Shown piece after piece: positions 27,680 to 42,485 of a stretch of 64,000 bases of DNA. Each line of letters begins with the position of its first letter. Within the stretch, counting starts at the first letter, position 1. The notes under the pieces were generated by a model. That model made no database searches. It was given only the letters and a program-made list of their open reading frames with translations, and was not told where the DNA came from. Source of the stretch: Phallusia mammillata (Eukaryota); NCBI GenBank assembly GCA_965637545.1, contig OZ281501.1, positions 6,758,001 to 6,822,000 on the forward strand. Direction: 5' to 3'. The translations under genes and the position numbers were made by a program.

Positions 27680-29150
27680 CAATATCAAAAATGACACACA
27701 AGAAAAACATTTCGCCCTGCTGTGGTTATCCTGAGCATCATGCTAAAGGATGAAGGTGTATTTCTAAGGACTTGAAATCCATTCCAGAGGCAGGACTTTT
27801 ACAAACAAAGTTTACAAACAAAGTTGTACAAAAAAAAAACTGTAACTGTGAACCCACGCACTGACAGGCATTCTTTTTGATTTTTGCTATTCTTCATCAC
27901 TTTAGTTTTTTATGTCAGTCAAAATTATAACATGTACAACTGCAATTGGATACAGCACTTTCTGGCGTAATGAGTAGACGACTTGCGTCAGTGTGTAGTG
28001 TTAAAGTCTGATTAAATATTTTGTTAAGGCTCAAATCAGAATCGTATAGTTTAAAACATTAAAAGGGGTATTTTTTGTATTTGCACGTAATTTCAGGAAC
28101 GCTAGCAGTTAGTACTTTGGACATTGATGTCCAGTTTGAATAATGACGCTTTTCTGCCATAAAACAAGAAAAAAACCTCATTTTTTATCACAAAAGCGTG
28201 ATATTTGTTCAGGCCCATACCAGAACTGTATAGTTTCAAATGTTTTGTTTTGTGTTTTCACGAAGTTTCAGGGAAGCTTTGATTATACAACATTTAACGC
28301 TGTATTGGATGTCACTATATTCGCCAACCATGCATTTGAACTACCGTTTTCTGAAACGTGACTGTTTCTTGCTTAGGTCACCTATTTTTCTCAATGATCT
28401 GCAGCTCATAATAGCTTCAAATTTTTACTGTTCAATTTCTTCGTATTGCACTTGTAACAGCAGCAAAAAATACAATGAAATGTGTCTTCAGTGACACAGA
28501 GCTTGAAAATCGGTGGGAAGTGCAAACAAATTTTTCTAGAGATTGCAACTTAACCGCTACGATAAGTCCAACGTCAAGTGTTTCCAGCAGTAATGTGTCA
28601 TCACGTGCTTCGGTCTTCTGTGACCCCTGTCAATTAAGGTGTAAAACGCTTGTAATGTCGTTCATCCATTTATTAGGAAATTTCTGATGTGTTTTGTAAA
28701 GTTGTTTGTATTTTTCGCAATACTGAACTGTCTTTTTTCTCAACTGTGTTTTAAACTAAAGAGGACGTTATTAGGAAATACACGAAAGGCAACTGCTTTA
28801 AAGGTATCGAAGCGTTACAATCAAGGAAGCATCAAATGGGAAATTCCTCGTTTCGGTCTGCTGCATCTTAATCACGTGACGTGTTTCCGCAACCTGCCCA
28901 GTAAACAGCTTAATTACCAGGTGCTAAATAAACTTCAATGAAATCATGACATCAATACTTGGTGATAGTGTCAGTGTGATTTTGTGGCTATTATTTCTAT
29001 CAACCTGCAAAAAGTCACATAACTAGCTGTTTCAAGCAAGTGTGTTTGATTGCCAGCATCGTTATTGCCAAAGGGTTCACTGTAATACAGTGGTTTTCAA
29101 CTGGTAGTACATGGTCCACTAGTGGTCCATAATGGCTTTTGGGTGGTCTA

Positions 29151-31000
29151 CAAGTCAAGTCAAGTCAAGTCAAAATTTTATTTGCATTGTCACTAAATCA
29201 ATTGTCATTGATGAACATTTTAGTAAACACAGCAAGGACACCGAAAAAAACCGTTGGTTATCGAGTCAAGTGTCCCGTTATTTGAATGATGCTTGAAGTA
29301 TTGTGGGTTTTGTTCTGCCGTAGGATCGCAACCGACCGCACGAACCTGGCGGGGTACGTCCGGTTGCATAAGACGGTGGTTGAACCCGCGGGTTCTGCTG
29401 GCCAAATGAAACCCGCCTAAACGGAAACACCAGCTCGGTTCCTCGGAACGTTTCCTGTGATCCCGTAGGCAGACCCGGGTGTCCCGAGGACAGTTCGTTG
29501 CGATGGAAGTTGGTTCTGAAGTGTCCGTCGCTTATCTCCTCTGCTTCCTAGGTTTCGTAGGATCGATGGCGGGGATCTCCGATGTTGAACGGTGTGGAAG
29601 TGATGACTGTTCTCGTCCCAGGTGGCAGATCTGAAAAAGTCAAATCCTACGGCAGTACTTTGCCCTTTTATGTGTGACTACGTAATGTTGTTTATGCACA
29701 AAATAAACAAATATTAAAAAGCGATAACAAAAAAATAACACTGGAATAAAACTGTGGGAAAGGAAATAAAAACAAAAAATCAGAGTATGTGGAGAAGGAA
29801 AAGGAAACAAGGCTATAAATTAATTGTTTAGGGGGGGCTGGGGGCCTGGACTTCGAGATGTATTAGTTCGAGATTGATGGTATTGCATCAGTAGATGCGA
29901 ACGGTATTTTTTCCTAAAGGAGGAGCGTGCGAGCGACTTTGTGACGTGTGGTATTTCTTCCCATACTTTTGGACCTCGATAGCAAATTGACCTTGAGCCA
30001 ACGGCGGTGTTTGCGCGGGGATAAAAATAATTCTGACTGTCGGCCCTTCTGGTGTTGTGAGCATGGACTGACGAAATAGGTGTAAACAGGGTGTTGTATG
30101 TGGAAGGTAGTGCACCAGAATGAAACGCGTGAACCAGTTTGGCTAATTCTAGTTTGTAGATGTCTCTAATTTTCAGAAGGCGCATATGGTAGTATATGGG
30201 GGTGGCGCGACATCGGTAGGTACTCCGAGTAATAGCTCGCAAGATTTTATTGTGTTTAATGTTGAGGTTATGCAGTGATGCGGTGCAGCCACTGCCCCAA
30301 GCGGCGACGGCATATTGCAGATGGGAGTATGCAAATGAGTAATAAATAATTCGGAGAAACTTTTCTCCAAGGTAATCGCGAAGCTTATACACTATACCGC
30401 AAGCTTGAGCCAATTTTCTTTCGACATACGTTATATGGTGTTTCCAATTTAACTGATCGTCGATGTATACTCCCAGGTATTTTGTTTTCGTCGATCGCTG
30501 TACTTGTTGCGATCCCATGAATATGGAAAACTTGTCGGAAAAAGAACGCTTGCTAGGACGAAACAGTAGGTACGTTGTTTTACTGGTGTTTAGTGATAAT
30601 TTGTTGTGTCGCATCCAATTGTCCACGTGTGTGAGTTCCTTGTTTACGTTTTCCTGCAGATCAGTTAAAGACTCTGATGACATGCAAAGGCACGTGTCAT
30701 CCGCAAATAATTTGGTTGTGAATTGGGATGCAGTGGGGAGGTCATTAATATAAAGGGAAAACAGAAGAGGAGCCAAGGAGGAACCTTGAGGACAACCGCA
30801 CGTAACGTATTGAAATTGTGATGTTACATGTGATATGCGTGTGCATTGCCTGCGGTTACGTAAGTAGCTACATAGTAATTGTAAGGGGCCTCCCCGTATT
30901 CCATACAGGTGCTCCAACTTCCACAACAAAACCTTGTGATCGACGGTGTCAAACGCTTTTGATAAGTCCAGGAAATAGCTATTGATTAATACAAGACGTT
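29151..31000 (-). mobile_element. 5'-truncated non-LTR retrotransposon (L2/CR1 group, Crack/Daphne-like)
   Basis: RT ORF is followed by about 650 nt of 3' sequence, AATAAA (minus, 29182-29177) and a (GACTT)n tail at 29151-29173. Flanked on both sides by pieces of a MITE family also seen at 33903-34260. Confidence 0.88.
29820..30984 (-). CDS. Reverse transcriptase C-terminal part of LINE ORF2 (no endonuclease or N-terminal RT)
   Basis: FLDLSKAFDTVDH, GCPQGSSLAPLLFSLYINDL, FADDT, KYLGVYIDDQLNWKHHI in an uninterrupted frame (track ORF 29820-31061). Confidence 0.9.
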
Positions 31001-32129
31001 GATTAATTATGTTTGGTGATAACCTGGAATTAGTTGCGTATAGTTTTTGAAAATGTATCACGAAAAAGCTTATCTATGTTATTGGCCAATACTTGTGGGT
31101 TATTTCATACCACTTCTCCAAATTTTGTACTAAAGAAATATATTTCAAGCCAATATGCTTGTTGTGGATGCTTTCTTTATCCTCATTGGACTGGTCCACG
31201 AGACTTATTTAAACCATTGCTGTAATAGGAAGCCAACGCATGTCTTTTTGTTCAGCTTTTTCCTTTCAATGTTGATGAAAACATGAATTTAAGCGGGGTA
31301 TAGAAAACAAGAAAGTATACAGAAAAGGAAAAAAAACTCTTAAACCGGTTGCGTTTTGTTGCAACGGTGATAAAACCAGTAATGAGGCAAATGCAGAGCA
31401 TATCAAAACTGACAAACCTTGCATTATAACGCTGCCCGATACATCAGTGTAATGCTGCAGGGCCCAATTTCCGTTTCGTACCAATCGGCTGTTGATCACA
31501 ACAAAGCTGTTGTTCCTAGAAACCATGAATTATTACTGCAAAACAACCGTACACAATAGCGTGAAAACAATTAGATCCAACTAACAATAGACCATAACAA
31601 TCCTTCGTGTTCGCGAAACGGATGACAGCATTACACCTTATGTATTGAAAATGCACAAATGCTGAACACGTGTACATTGGATACCGCCTCCTACAACGAT
31701 TGAATATTCTATTCTCAAGGGTACTATAGTCAGTCGCAAAGAGATATCCAAGTGTGCTTGTTTGTGCCGGGTGTTATGAGTATTCATGACGAACATTGTT
31801 AGGAGCTGTGCTATCACATTGAAGTTGCAAAAAAGTTTTTTTAACTATTGTTTGCGAGTTTATCGTGAAAAATTTATTAGTGTGGTCTGATCTTACGTTT
31901 AGAAACACTGTTCCAAGGCAAAGTTTAAAAGCGACTAAAAAGCTGCAATAGTGACACCTAGTGGTATGCTTACCGACTATCTGACTTAATTAGCGCTTGT
32001 TTTGTATTGATATGGGAAACATAACTGGTTAAATATTACATAACACGTATTGTCAACTTCAAGATTAAATACGAACCATATGAGGTTTATCTTCAAACAT
32101 TTGCAATAGGTTGTATAAGAAGTTCAAAA

Positions 32130-35100
32130 ATGTTCACAAACTTCGCACTGGGTTTTCTTTTCTTTGCTGGGATCCTACAGTACAAGCAAGCAAATGGTGA
32201 GTGCTCGAAATATTCAAATGGCTGTTTTGAACACTTGCACGTTTTAATTTCGCAATCAAATACGATGTAAAGTTTAAACCTCGCAGCACGTTTGTGACAC
32301 GCAGTTTGGTTATCATTTTTAAGCCCTGTGTCTCGACCAGAAAGAGAATGTTTATTTAACATCAAATAGATTGTTGTTGAAACTAAATGCTCTGATGGTA
32401 AGTTTTTAACTATTAATTTTGTTGCAGGATGCAGTAATTGGTGTTTTGCAACTGGAAAATGTTATCCTCCACAGCCTGGTGATTGCACAGATTGTCTTAA
32501 GAATTACTGTGGTATGTGTTAATGAGATTTTATAACTTATGAAATTAATAACTTATCTTTCAAGTTAATTTTCATTTAGTCGCCAGTTTTAAACAAGGCA
32601 AAAAGACAAAAATATTATTCTCACAAATTTTGTAAGTAGTAAGACAAAAACATTATAAAATCAAACAATACACGACAAATTACAATCTATTGCTACAAAA
32701 AAACTTTATAATGAAGCCCAGCACTCTTCAAAGGGTACATAAAATATTTAAGGGAACTGCAACGGAGAAGCTACATCAAAACATTCATATTAAAACACAG
32801 ATATTAGATATAACTTAACAAACTTGAATCGAGCTAAAATGTTACTTGACAAAAAGTACTATTTCTTGTCATGTATCCTTGGGGGCTATCTTTAACGAAT
32901 ATTTTTGTCCTAAACAGGCATGGATTTCTACACGCCATTTCAAAGCAACTTCGCAAGTCAGTGCATATTTAGAGCAATGAAACGGCCATCACAATGTAAG
33001 GCAGTGTGTGGTGGTGTAGCCACCAACAAGCTGAAAAAAAGGCGAAATAAATGCAACAACTGTATCCGTCCTTGCATTGGTAAGTCTTGTCCCTTTAAAA
33101 ACTTTTTACAGCAGAATTTTTTTACTTTATGGTGACGAAACTAAGTTTTTTTGCAAACCACAGTTGATGTAAGTTTAATATAAGTTTGCACAATTAAATG
33201 TCAGGATGCGTTTACGCGTTTATCACTACACATATCGCCGCTTGTTGTTTGATGTTGCACAAATGTTTTGAGCAAAGAGCGTTGGGTTGGCTTGTTAAGT
33301 TTTTTTTCGCACTTTAATATAACGTCTAAAGCTAACGCAGCCTCTTTCTACAAATGCATAATAAAGGCTTTAAATCGAATCAAGACCGTCTTCCGCCAGT
33401 ATTAGCATTATCGTTCAGCAGAACAACGGTTTAAAAATCTCGCCTGGTGGGACTGTTCCCTGGCAAATGGGCCTGCCGCTCTACCAACTGAGCTATGTCG
33501 TCTAAGTTCGAAGCCTGTTAAAAGCCAGCCTCTTATACAGAGTCGCAAATTCGAAAAATAATTAAATAAACGCCCTTCGTAGCTTTAAAGAAAAAAAAAT
33601 GACTTTTTTATTGCAGAAGAGGCTCTTGAAAATCCGGACAACTACTGTCCTTCACTATATCCACCGGTTCCACCTGTACAACAAACTCAGATTCCGGGTT
33701 CACTGCCAAACCTCATTAGCCAGATGATGGAGGGTCAAGATTCACACACCAATGATACAACAGCACCAGTTCCATGCGAAGTTTGCTATGGGAACGACAG
33801 CTGCCCAACCATCCAAGAGTTGTTATCTTACCCTCAGTTTTGTCTGGAGTACGTTGCTCTGAAATGCAAAGGTAACCTGTCGTACTTTTTAATTGTATAC
33901 ATCAGTGGTTCTCGACTCGTTTCAGGCCATGTACCGCCATTCCTATTAAATAAATATCGTGGACCAGTCCATTGTTAAATATGGATAACAAAAGCATCCA
34001 TGGATACAGCTACCATGTCGCCTTGAAATATATTCTTTAAAGAATGAACTCAATACAGAATTTAATCTAATAAAGAAATAACAAATTACAACAAATGGAC
34101 AATAACTCGCATTAGCTTTTATTGTACTTACTATTCAATAAATTATATGCAACTAGGCTATTTTCAATTTAACACTAAGTATAGTTAACGGCCTATGGAC
34201 CACCCAAAAAGTCGTCAAGGACCACCAATGATCCATGGACTACCAAAAAAGAGAACCACAAGTCCAAATATTCTGTTTTTGTTGTTATTTGATGACACTT
34301 TGACAATAATTTTGACTGAAATGTATTTATAAAGTCCTGATGCTTTAAACTTACAAACTTGTATTGTGGTCGGAAATTGTTAGGTTTGGGTTTGACTTGT
34401 GAACGCTAAATGGACATGTTTAAAGTTATCTATTACATTGCAAAATCTTCCAAACACAAGATTTTTGATCTCGTTTTCAAGGCTTTACCATGGTATAAGA
34501 CTTTATTATCTTTTTAGTCGCAATAATAGTTCGCTTTACCAGTAAATATTTTTGACAGCTTTCAAACAGCACATCACTGGAGGAACCCATGCTAACATTA
34601 GCACCGCTCAGACTTGGGAATGCATCATAAACGCTTGGAACGATTCCTGCTCGGAATGTCCATACATCAATCCAGATCGCTTTATAAACTGTCAAGCTTG
34701 TCTTGAAACGTGCACAGGTACTTTCATTGTATTAGTAAACTTTACAAAACGGTAATATCTAGTAACACCAGACTGACATTTAGCTACTTTTGGATAAGAG
34801 GCGCAAAGAGCACCTTTACCCATTTAAACCGATATATCTCTAAAAATGCTGACGGTTAGGGCTATTTGGTTTGTGTCAAGATATTATCATTAAAAATTCT
34901 GTTAAACTAACTTAAAAACTTCCTAACCTCACCCCTCTCTGACGGATACAAAATCTGTCAAAATTTAGCTAACTGTGGGTCGGCCGTGTGTTATGGTGTT
35001 AGTAGGTCTCCCTTCTAACTGACAATATAAAGATATCTTAGTTGGTTACGTAAGACACGCAGTTAACAATATCAGTTTTGTTTTTGGCAATGCTATCTGT

Positions 35101-35833
35101 ACAACATTTTTTATTATGCAGCTGCTTTGGATTGTGCTGTTGGGTGTGTTCTCAATCGTGGCATGTACCCGATGGTAATACCATGCGACAAATGTGCAGC
35201 GTTATGCAGAGGTTTGTTGTGCGTTATATGTTAAATCTCAATGACCAAGTGTATAAACTGTGTAACAAATATTTTAGTGAAAATATGTTGACACCAATGA
35301 TGTACAGTAAAAACGAGGCCAGATTTGATAAAATTCGCATTCATCAAATTTGCAGCAATTTATTGAGGATTTTGTTACATTTTACTTTTAATCGGTTTGC
35401 CTCAAATTTTACTTGATTCTTGATTCAAATACTGTTTTGAAGTAAATCGTCTCACGTGATTTTTATATTTAGAATTAGGTACAACACCCCAGGAAGAAGT
35501 GGACTGCATGAATCAAAATTGCCCGGATTGCATTGAATGTGACGAATGCTATCTGGCTTGTGAAGCCGGTAAGTTTTCGCTTATGTGTGATAAATAAATC
35601 AGACAAACAATAGGATGCTTACGTTTAAACCGGCCCTTTTACAGTCTCTATGCTAAATTTCCGCCCAATACGTGTTCATTTATCCCGTGTTGACGACCTT
35701 TTGTCTGGGGTCTAGAATTTTACATTTCATCTGTAAAATGCGTTTGGTAACATGTCTGGCCTAACGCTGACAGCGTTAATTTTGTGTTTCAGATGGCTAT
35801 GCAGAAAATCTCTGCAAATGTATATGGTATTGA
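32130..35833 (+). CDS. Secreted Cys-rich modular protein, 317 aa, 8 exons, unknown family (vanabin/metallothionein-like Cys spacing)
   Basis: Exons 32130-32196 (signal MFTNFALGFLFFAGILQYKQANG), 32428-32511, 32918-33079, 33617-33871, 34559-34717, 35122-35211, 35473-35568 and 35793-35833. Every intron is GT-AG phase 1 and the frame is open to TGA (954 nt). 37 Cys, with five 6-Cys exons. Confidence 0.82.
33440..33502 (-). pseudogene. tRNA-derived sequence (tRNA pseudogene or SINE head)
   Basis: Minus strand reads GACGACATAGCTCAGTTGGTAGAGCGGCAGG...GGGAACAGTCCCACCAGGCG: intact A-box/D-arm, but the T-loop lacks GTTCRA. Confidence 0.6.
33903..34260. mobile_element. hAT-type MITE in an intron of the Cys-rich gene
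   Basis: Begins CAGTGGTTCTC, ends GAGAACCACA. Its ends match, in reverse complement, the sequences flanking the LINE (about 29088-29150 and 31185-31225). Confidence 0.55.
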
Positions 35834-36733
35834 GGACAAGTGAGATCAGCGCTCTTTCAGGGAACTTTACAATTACAATCTCAAAAATTCGATAATTCTC
35901 ATCAGTCTGTTGAATATAATATAATTGTGTTTGGATTTTTTCATTAGATTTGTATCTTTTGTCTTGGGAGTTGACAACTGGTTCAAATGTGATTTGTCTG
36001 TTATCAGCTTTGGTGTTTGTTAAATGTTAGCTACGTCCATTGAAAGAAAACTGTTTCAAGTTATATTTTGTGCTTATCGACAAATTTGTGCACTTGCCTT
36101 GTGTTGTGTCATTTTGAAACCTGTTCTATGTAAATACTTGCTATTTGTATGCAGAACATAAAAACTCTAAAATGAAAACACAGCAATGAGTCCATTTTAG
36201 CGCAGAATAGTCCCGTGTCTTTTATTCAGTCGTCGAAGATAAATGTTTATGATATTTTGGCAAGATTTTTAACGTTTATCGTTTTAACAGGCTAACGTGT
36301 AAAGACTAACATCTAAACATTGAACACATTTTAAACGTTTTAAGAACAGCTTATAGCTTTTCAAGCTGTTTTAAATTGCATTTTGTTTAATATTTAGAAT
36401 GCGTTTACGAAATTAGTTTGCGTCACACAGCTTGTTACGGCAAACATTGCAATTTTGTGAGGATGACGCAACAAAATCAATTCCCCGCGCCAAAGAAAAC
36501 CTTTCCGCTTTGCTGGGTCTGTAACAATGCAAATTGCTAGTTATGAAAATCGCACCCACGACAGTATCATAACTGCGGGCCAATTTTATTTGGGTCTGCA
36601 CGCAAGAAGAGGGTCAAAAGGTTCAAGCAAAATGTAAAGGAGCTGGACAACTTATCAGCTATAGTTCGCATTGTCATTAGCTGACTTATAGAACAGTAAG
36701 ACTTGCTTTGAACATGTAGTAATATTTGGAGAT

Positions 36734-39637
36734 ATGCAAGATAGCACGCAGTGGTATTGGATAGGATTTGGTGTACTTCTAGTAGGTGGTTTCGTGGTTG
36801 CTGCTTTCTTTTTTGTACGAGCAATGTGCCTTTGTCGAGGAAACGAGTAAGTACAATCTGCCTCAAAAAGATTAAGTGCTAAACTACACCAAACAATTAC
36901 TTTTCTTTTAAATTCCATGAATAAAGACTAGGTATAATTGCATACGTTTCAAAACCTTGATATTAATGGTGAAATTTAAACAAGATTTTAAAATTTGTGT
37001 GATAACTTCTTGTACTTTCTAAACAGTATAGTCTTCATGTGACAAAAAATTAATACATTCAAAATTCAAAGGTACTTTACTAGTAATGTCATTGTTTAAT
37101 ATGACGGTAATTTTTTAGTTTTAAACTATAAGACCTTTGTTGTTAAGGATTCTAAGAAATAGAAGAATTAAAGACGTGACCATTTCGCTAACAGTGAGAT
37201 CCAAGGAAGATCTGGAGTCACAAATATCTACTGTGCTTACCACTCCATCGTTTAAACCAGAATTTATGTCCACACCAAATATACAAACGTCAACCACACA
37301 TACAGACTTTTTTGCAACTAGGGTTAGTTTTTTTTTGCTTTTCATGTATGTTTGTTGTACAATTGGAGGAATAACAAACGTCAGCCTTCAACAACATGCG
37401 TGAATAACCAATAACAAAGTTATATGTACTGAACTCAATAAAGATAGGCTAATCTCAAAAACATAACTTATTCATTAAGTGTAGGCCCTGAGGTATTTTT
37501 TTAAAATCTACAAAGCATGCAATAATCCGTGTAACCAATTGTTTGACTGATTTCCTTCTACAGTAGCTTTATTCAACCTAAAAACGTGCCCAATTTAAAG
37601 GAGGGTTTGTAAATTACAGGAGACCGCTGATTATTTCAATTTTTCGAGCAAAGTTCACCACGGGAGAATCTCACGCACTCACAGTTTAAGCAGGTAAAAA
37701 AGGACAGAAACATTATGGCTCATGTCCTTTTATCACAAACAAAATGGAAAAAATAAAATTTTCTAAAATTGTTCTTCACATTGGTTTAGGCTGGACGATT
37801 CGCATTTGAGAAGCGTGTCTAGAATGTTATGGCAGAAGCTCACCGTTTCAACAAAGGAAGAAACAATTACAAAAACTACTTATAGAAGATCGGTGAGTAA
37901 AACCGCAACGTTTAAAATAATCAAAGTAGCAGAGTGAGTGGGTCAATTTAGGAATAATTTGAGTCGATCAGTAAAAATGGGTCCACATGAAATATTTGCA
38001 ACCACTGACGCCGTTAATACATTTACATTTTTGAACTAAACACGTTGACAGAAAAGCACATTAACACGCCGTGACCACCGAGTTTACACCAGCAACCCTG
38101 GCAAGTTTTTCCCCAATCACGTTCACAGGCGGGCAAATGTCAATAGACTTGCGTGGAACAACAACTCGATGAAAGTTCAACTTTTTGCCAAGCTGGTATC
38201 GGGATATTTCACCGTTGACAGCATGGGCAGATTATGCAAGGTAAGAGAATACCATTGTGCTGATCTGACCTGCAGTCTGTTGATTTTTAACGCTTGACGA
38301 ATGCCGTATAGAAACAGTTTACAATTAAAGGCTTCTAGTATTATTCCGATTTTACTAGCATAGCCGGAATACATTGCTTTGGTTTTCATTTGCGTTCGTT
38401 TCTTCTTGTTATGGTTATCTATTTAAGTCAAAGATTTGTTTTAACCAGGGAGTCGAACCGGAACTGAACCCGCGAACGCGAACCGGTTTGAGCGGTTAAT
38501 TTCATTAAACCCGAACCGAACCCGAACCGCTAATTACGATTTTCTAAAAACCCGAACCGGAGTTGAACCCTATATTTTGTTTGGCGTTGGACCCGAACCG
38601 GAACTGAACCAGTAAAAAATGCAGTCTGTTTTATATTTTGCGATTTTTTTTTCAAAATAGCGCACTTAAGAATACGCGAGATAACACTTATAGGGCGTGT
38701 CAAAAATAACAGTGCACGGTCAAAAATCTTGTGGGGTTTGATAAGGCCAGGAAGATGATAGATAGAATTAAATTAAAACGAATGAAAATTTGAACCGGTT
38801 TAAAAACCGCAAACCGGTTCGGACCGGATAATTTGCCCAAACCGGAACAAAACCCGAACCCGAAAATACACATTTTTAAAAGCCTGAACCGAACCCGAAC
38901 CTTTAAAAACAAAACGAAGTGAACCCGAACCGAACCTGAACCCGTATGACAAGCGGTTCGACTCCCTGGTTTTAACTAGAGATGTACCGAATATTCGGTT
39001 TGCCGAATTTATTCGGCCGAATCGGCCACTTTTGCAAAGATTCGGTTTCGGCCGAATAATTTGTTGCGATTCGGCCGAAACCGAATCTTTTACGACCGCA
39101 TATTTAAAGCGTTAAACGTGTCTTTTCTGCTTAGTACCAACGAAAATCGCGCCAATCATTATCTTTTTTTACACATTATCGTTTTTACCACTGCAGACAA
39201 GTAATCAGTAATTCATTGTCGGGTTGGCAATCATGCTTGAGGCAATTTTAAACCCCACAGAACTAAAATAGGGACTAAACACAACCATTCTGCACTAATT
39301 GCCTGGTAGATAAACATATATTTTCATGTCAAACGCATAGCGTACGACTTCGCGTGACGTCATAAATGATTCGTTTGATTCGGCCGAATTTATTCGGCCA
39401 AACCACCGAATATTCGGTTTCGGCCGAATCGAAATTTTGCCGATTCGGTACATCACTAGTTTTAACTAATAGAAAAACTGAATTGACCAAAACAAAAAAT
39501 CATTTTTTTGTACTTGGTACTTATTTTTACAGGTTAACGACTGGAAACACGTGAGCGACAAAGATCTGCGTTATAGAGAAAAGGCGATATTCGCACTTGC
39601 CTGTAACAACGAGATCGAGGTTAGCGACGATTCATAA
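36734..39637 (+). CDS. Small single-pass membrane protein of unknown function (about 189 aa; N-terminus uncertain)
   Basis: Exons 36734-36846 (TM WYWIGFGVLLVGGFVVAAFFFV), 37148-37322, 37620-37693, 37790-37892 and 39533-39637 chain with consistent phases 2,0,2,0 to TAA (570 nt). The frame is also open from an acceptor at 36691. Confidence 0.65.
38446..38968. mobile_element. hAT MITE family A (CAGGGAGTCGAACCG TIRs, internal CCCGAAC repeats)
   Basis: Perfect TIRs; 8-bp TSD GTTTTAAC at 38438-38445 and 38969-38976. Confidence 0.9.
38977..39458. mobile_element. hAT MITE family B (TAG(A/T)GATGTACCGAA TIRs, TTCGGCCGAA repeats)
   Basis: TIRs tagagatgtaccgaa / ttcggtacatcacta; TSD GTTTTAAC at 38969-38976 and 39459-39466. 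Confidence 0.9.
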
Positions 39638-40279
39638 AAATCAAAAGTATCAACAACGGGAATCACCTGGGTGCCCGCAACGCCTGACGTTTTTCACAAG
39701 GTTACGTTTAGGCGTTGACGAGTGTAACTAGTTGTTTGTTTTGTTGTCACCCGCAATCAAATCAGTGATAGATTATAATTTCTTGTTTGTGTTGACTCTT
39801 AATGACAAGTTGTTTTTGAACATCAATTTTGTATTTTTACAGCATGTTGCAACACTTAACATTTATGAATACAAACTTACTCTTGCATGTAGTATACTAT
39901 AGACCACAGCGATAAAGGATAACCTTTAGTTCTTTTTATGAAACCGTTTTCCACTCCATACATTTTTGTCCCTGTTTTCATCGTTTTGTATCAGCACTTT
40001 TTTCACCTTTGTTTCGTGATATTTTCATGACATTACATTACTTTATTGTTTCGTATCTAGACTATCATAGTACTGGCGAAATATGCCCAATGCATACTTT
40101 GAACGTTCATATAGGTTATGATGATTTGAATTTGACGAACAATGCGGCAACTTTGTACTACGGACTAATTTTGTTTTAAAACAAAAAAAGATGTAAAATT
40201 AGTTTATTTCGACTACTAGGTATTAGAAATCACGTGCACGTGTGCTGTGACATGATTAGAAAGGGCCTAGTTTTATAAC

Positions 40280-42485
<2,206 letters not shown>

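Noticed and set aside
28492-28687. Ser-rich possible extra C-terminal exon of the 7TM receptor
   Set aside because: The acceptor needs a phase-2 donor; the plausible donors in exon 6 are phase 0 or 1, and exon 6 already reaches a stop.
32370-32397. Apparent micro-exon IVVETKCSDG in the Cys-rich gene
   Set aside because: It would need a 30-nt intron and a phase-0 upstream donor, whereas exon 1 ends in phase 1 and splices cleanly to 32428.
33440-33502. Functional tRNA gene
   Set aside because: T-loop/B-box is degenerate and the length is too short for a cloverleaf; kept only as a tRNA-derived relic.
38446-39458. CRISPR-like array (recurrent CCCGAAC and TTCGGCCGAA units)
   Set aside because: Repeats are short and irregularly spaced, lie inside TIR/TSD-bounded MITEs in a eukaryotic intron, and there are no cas genes.
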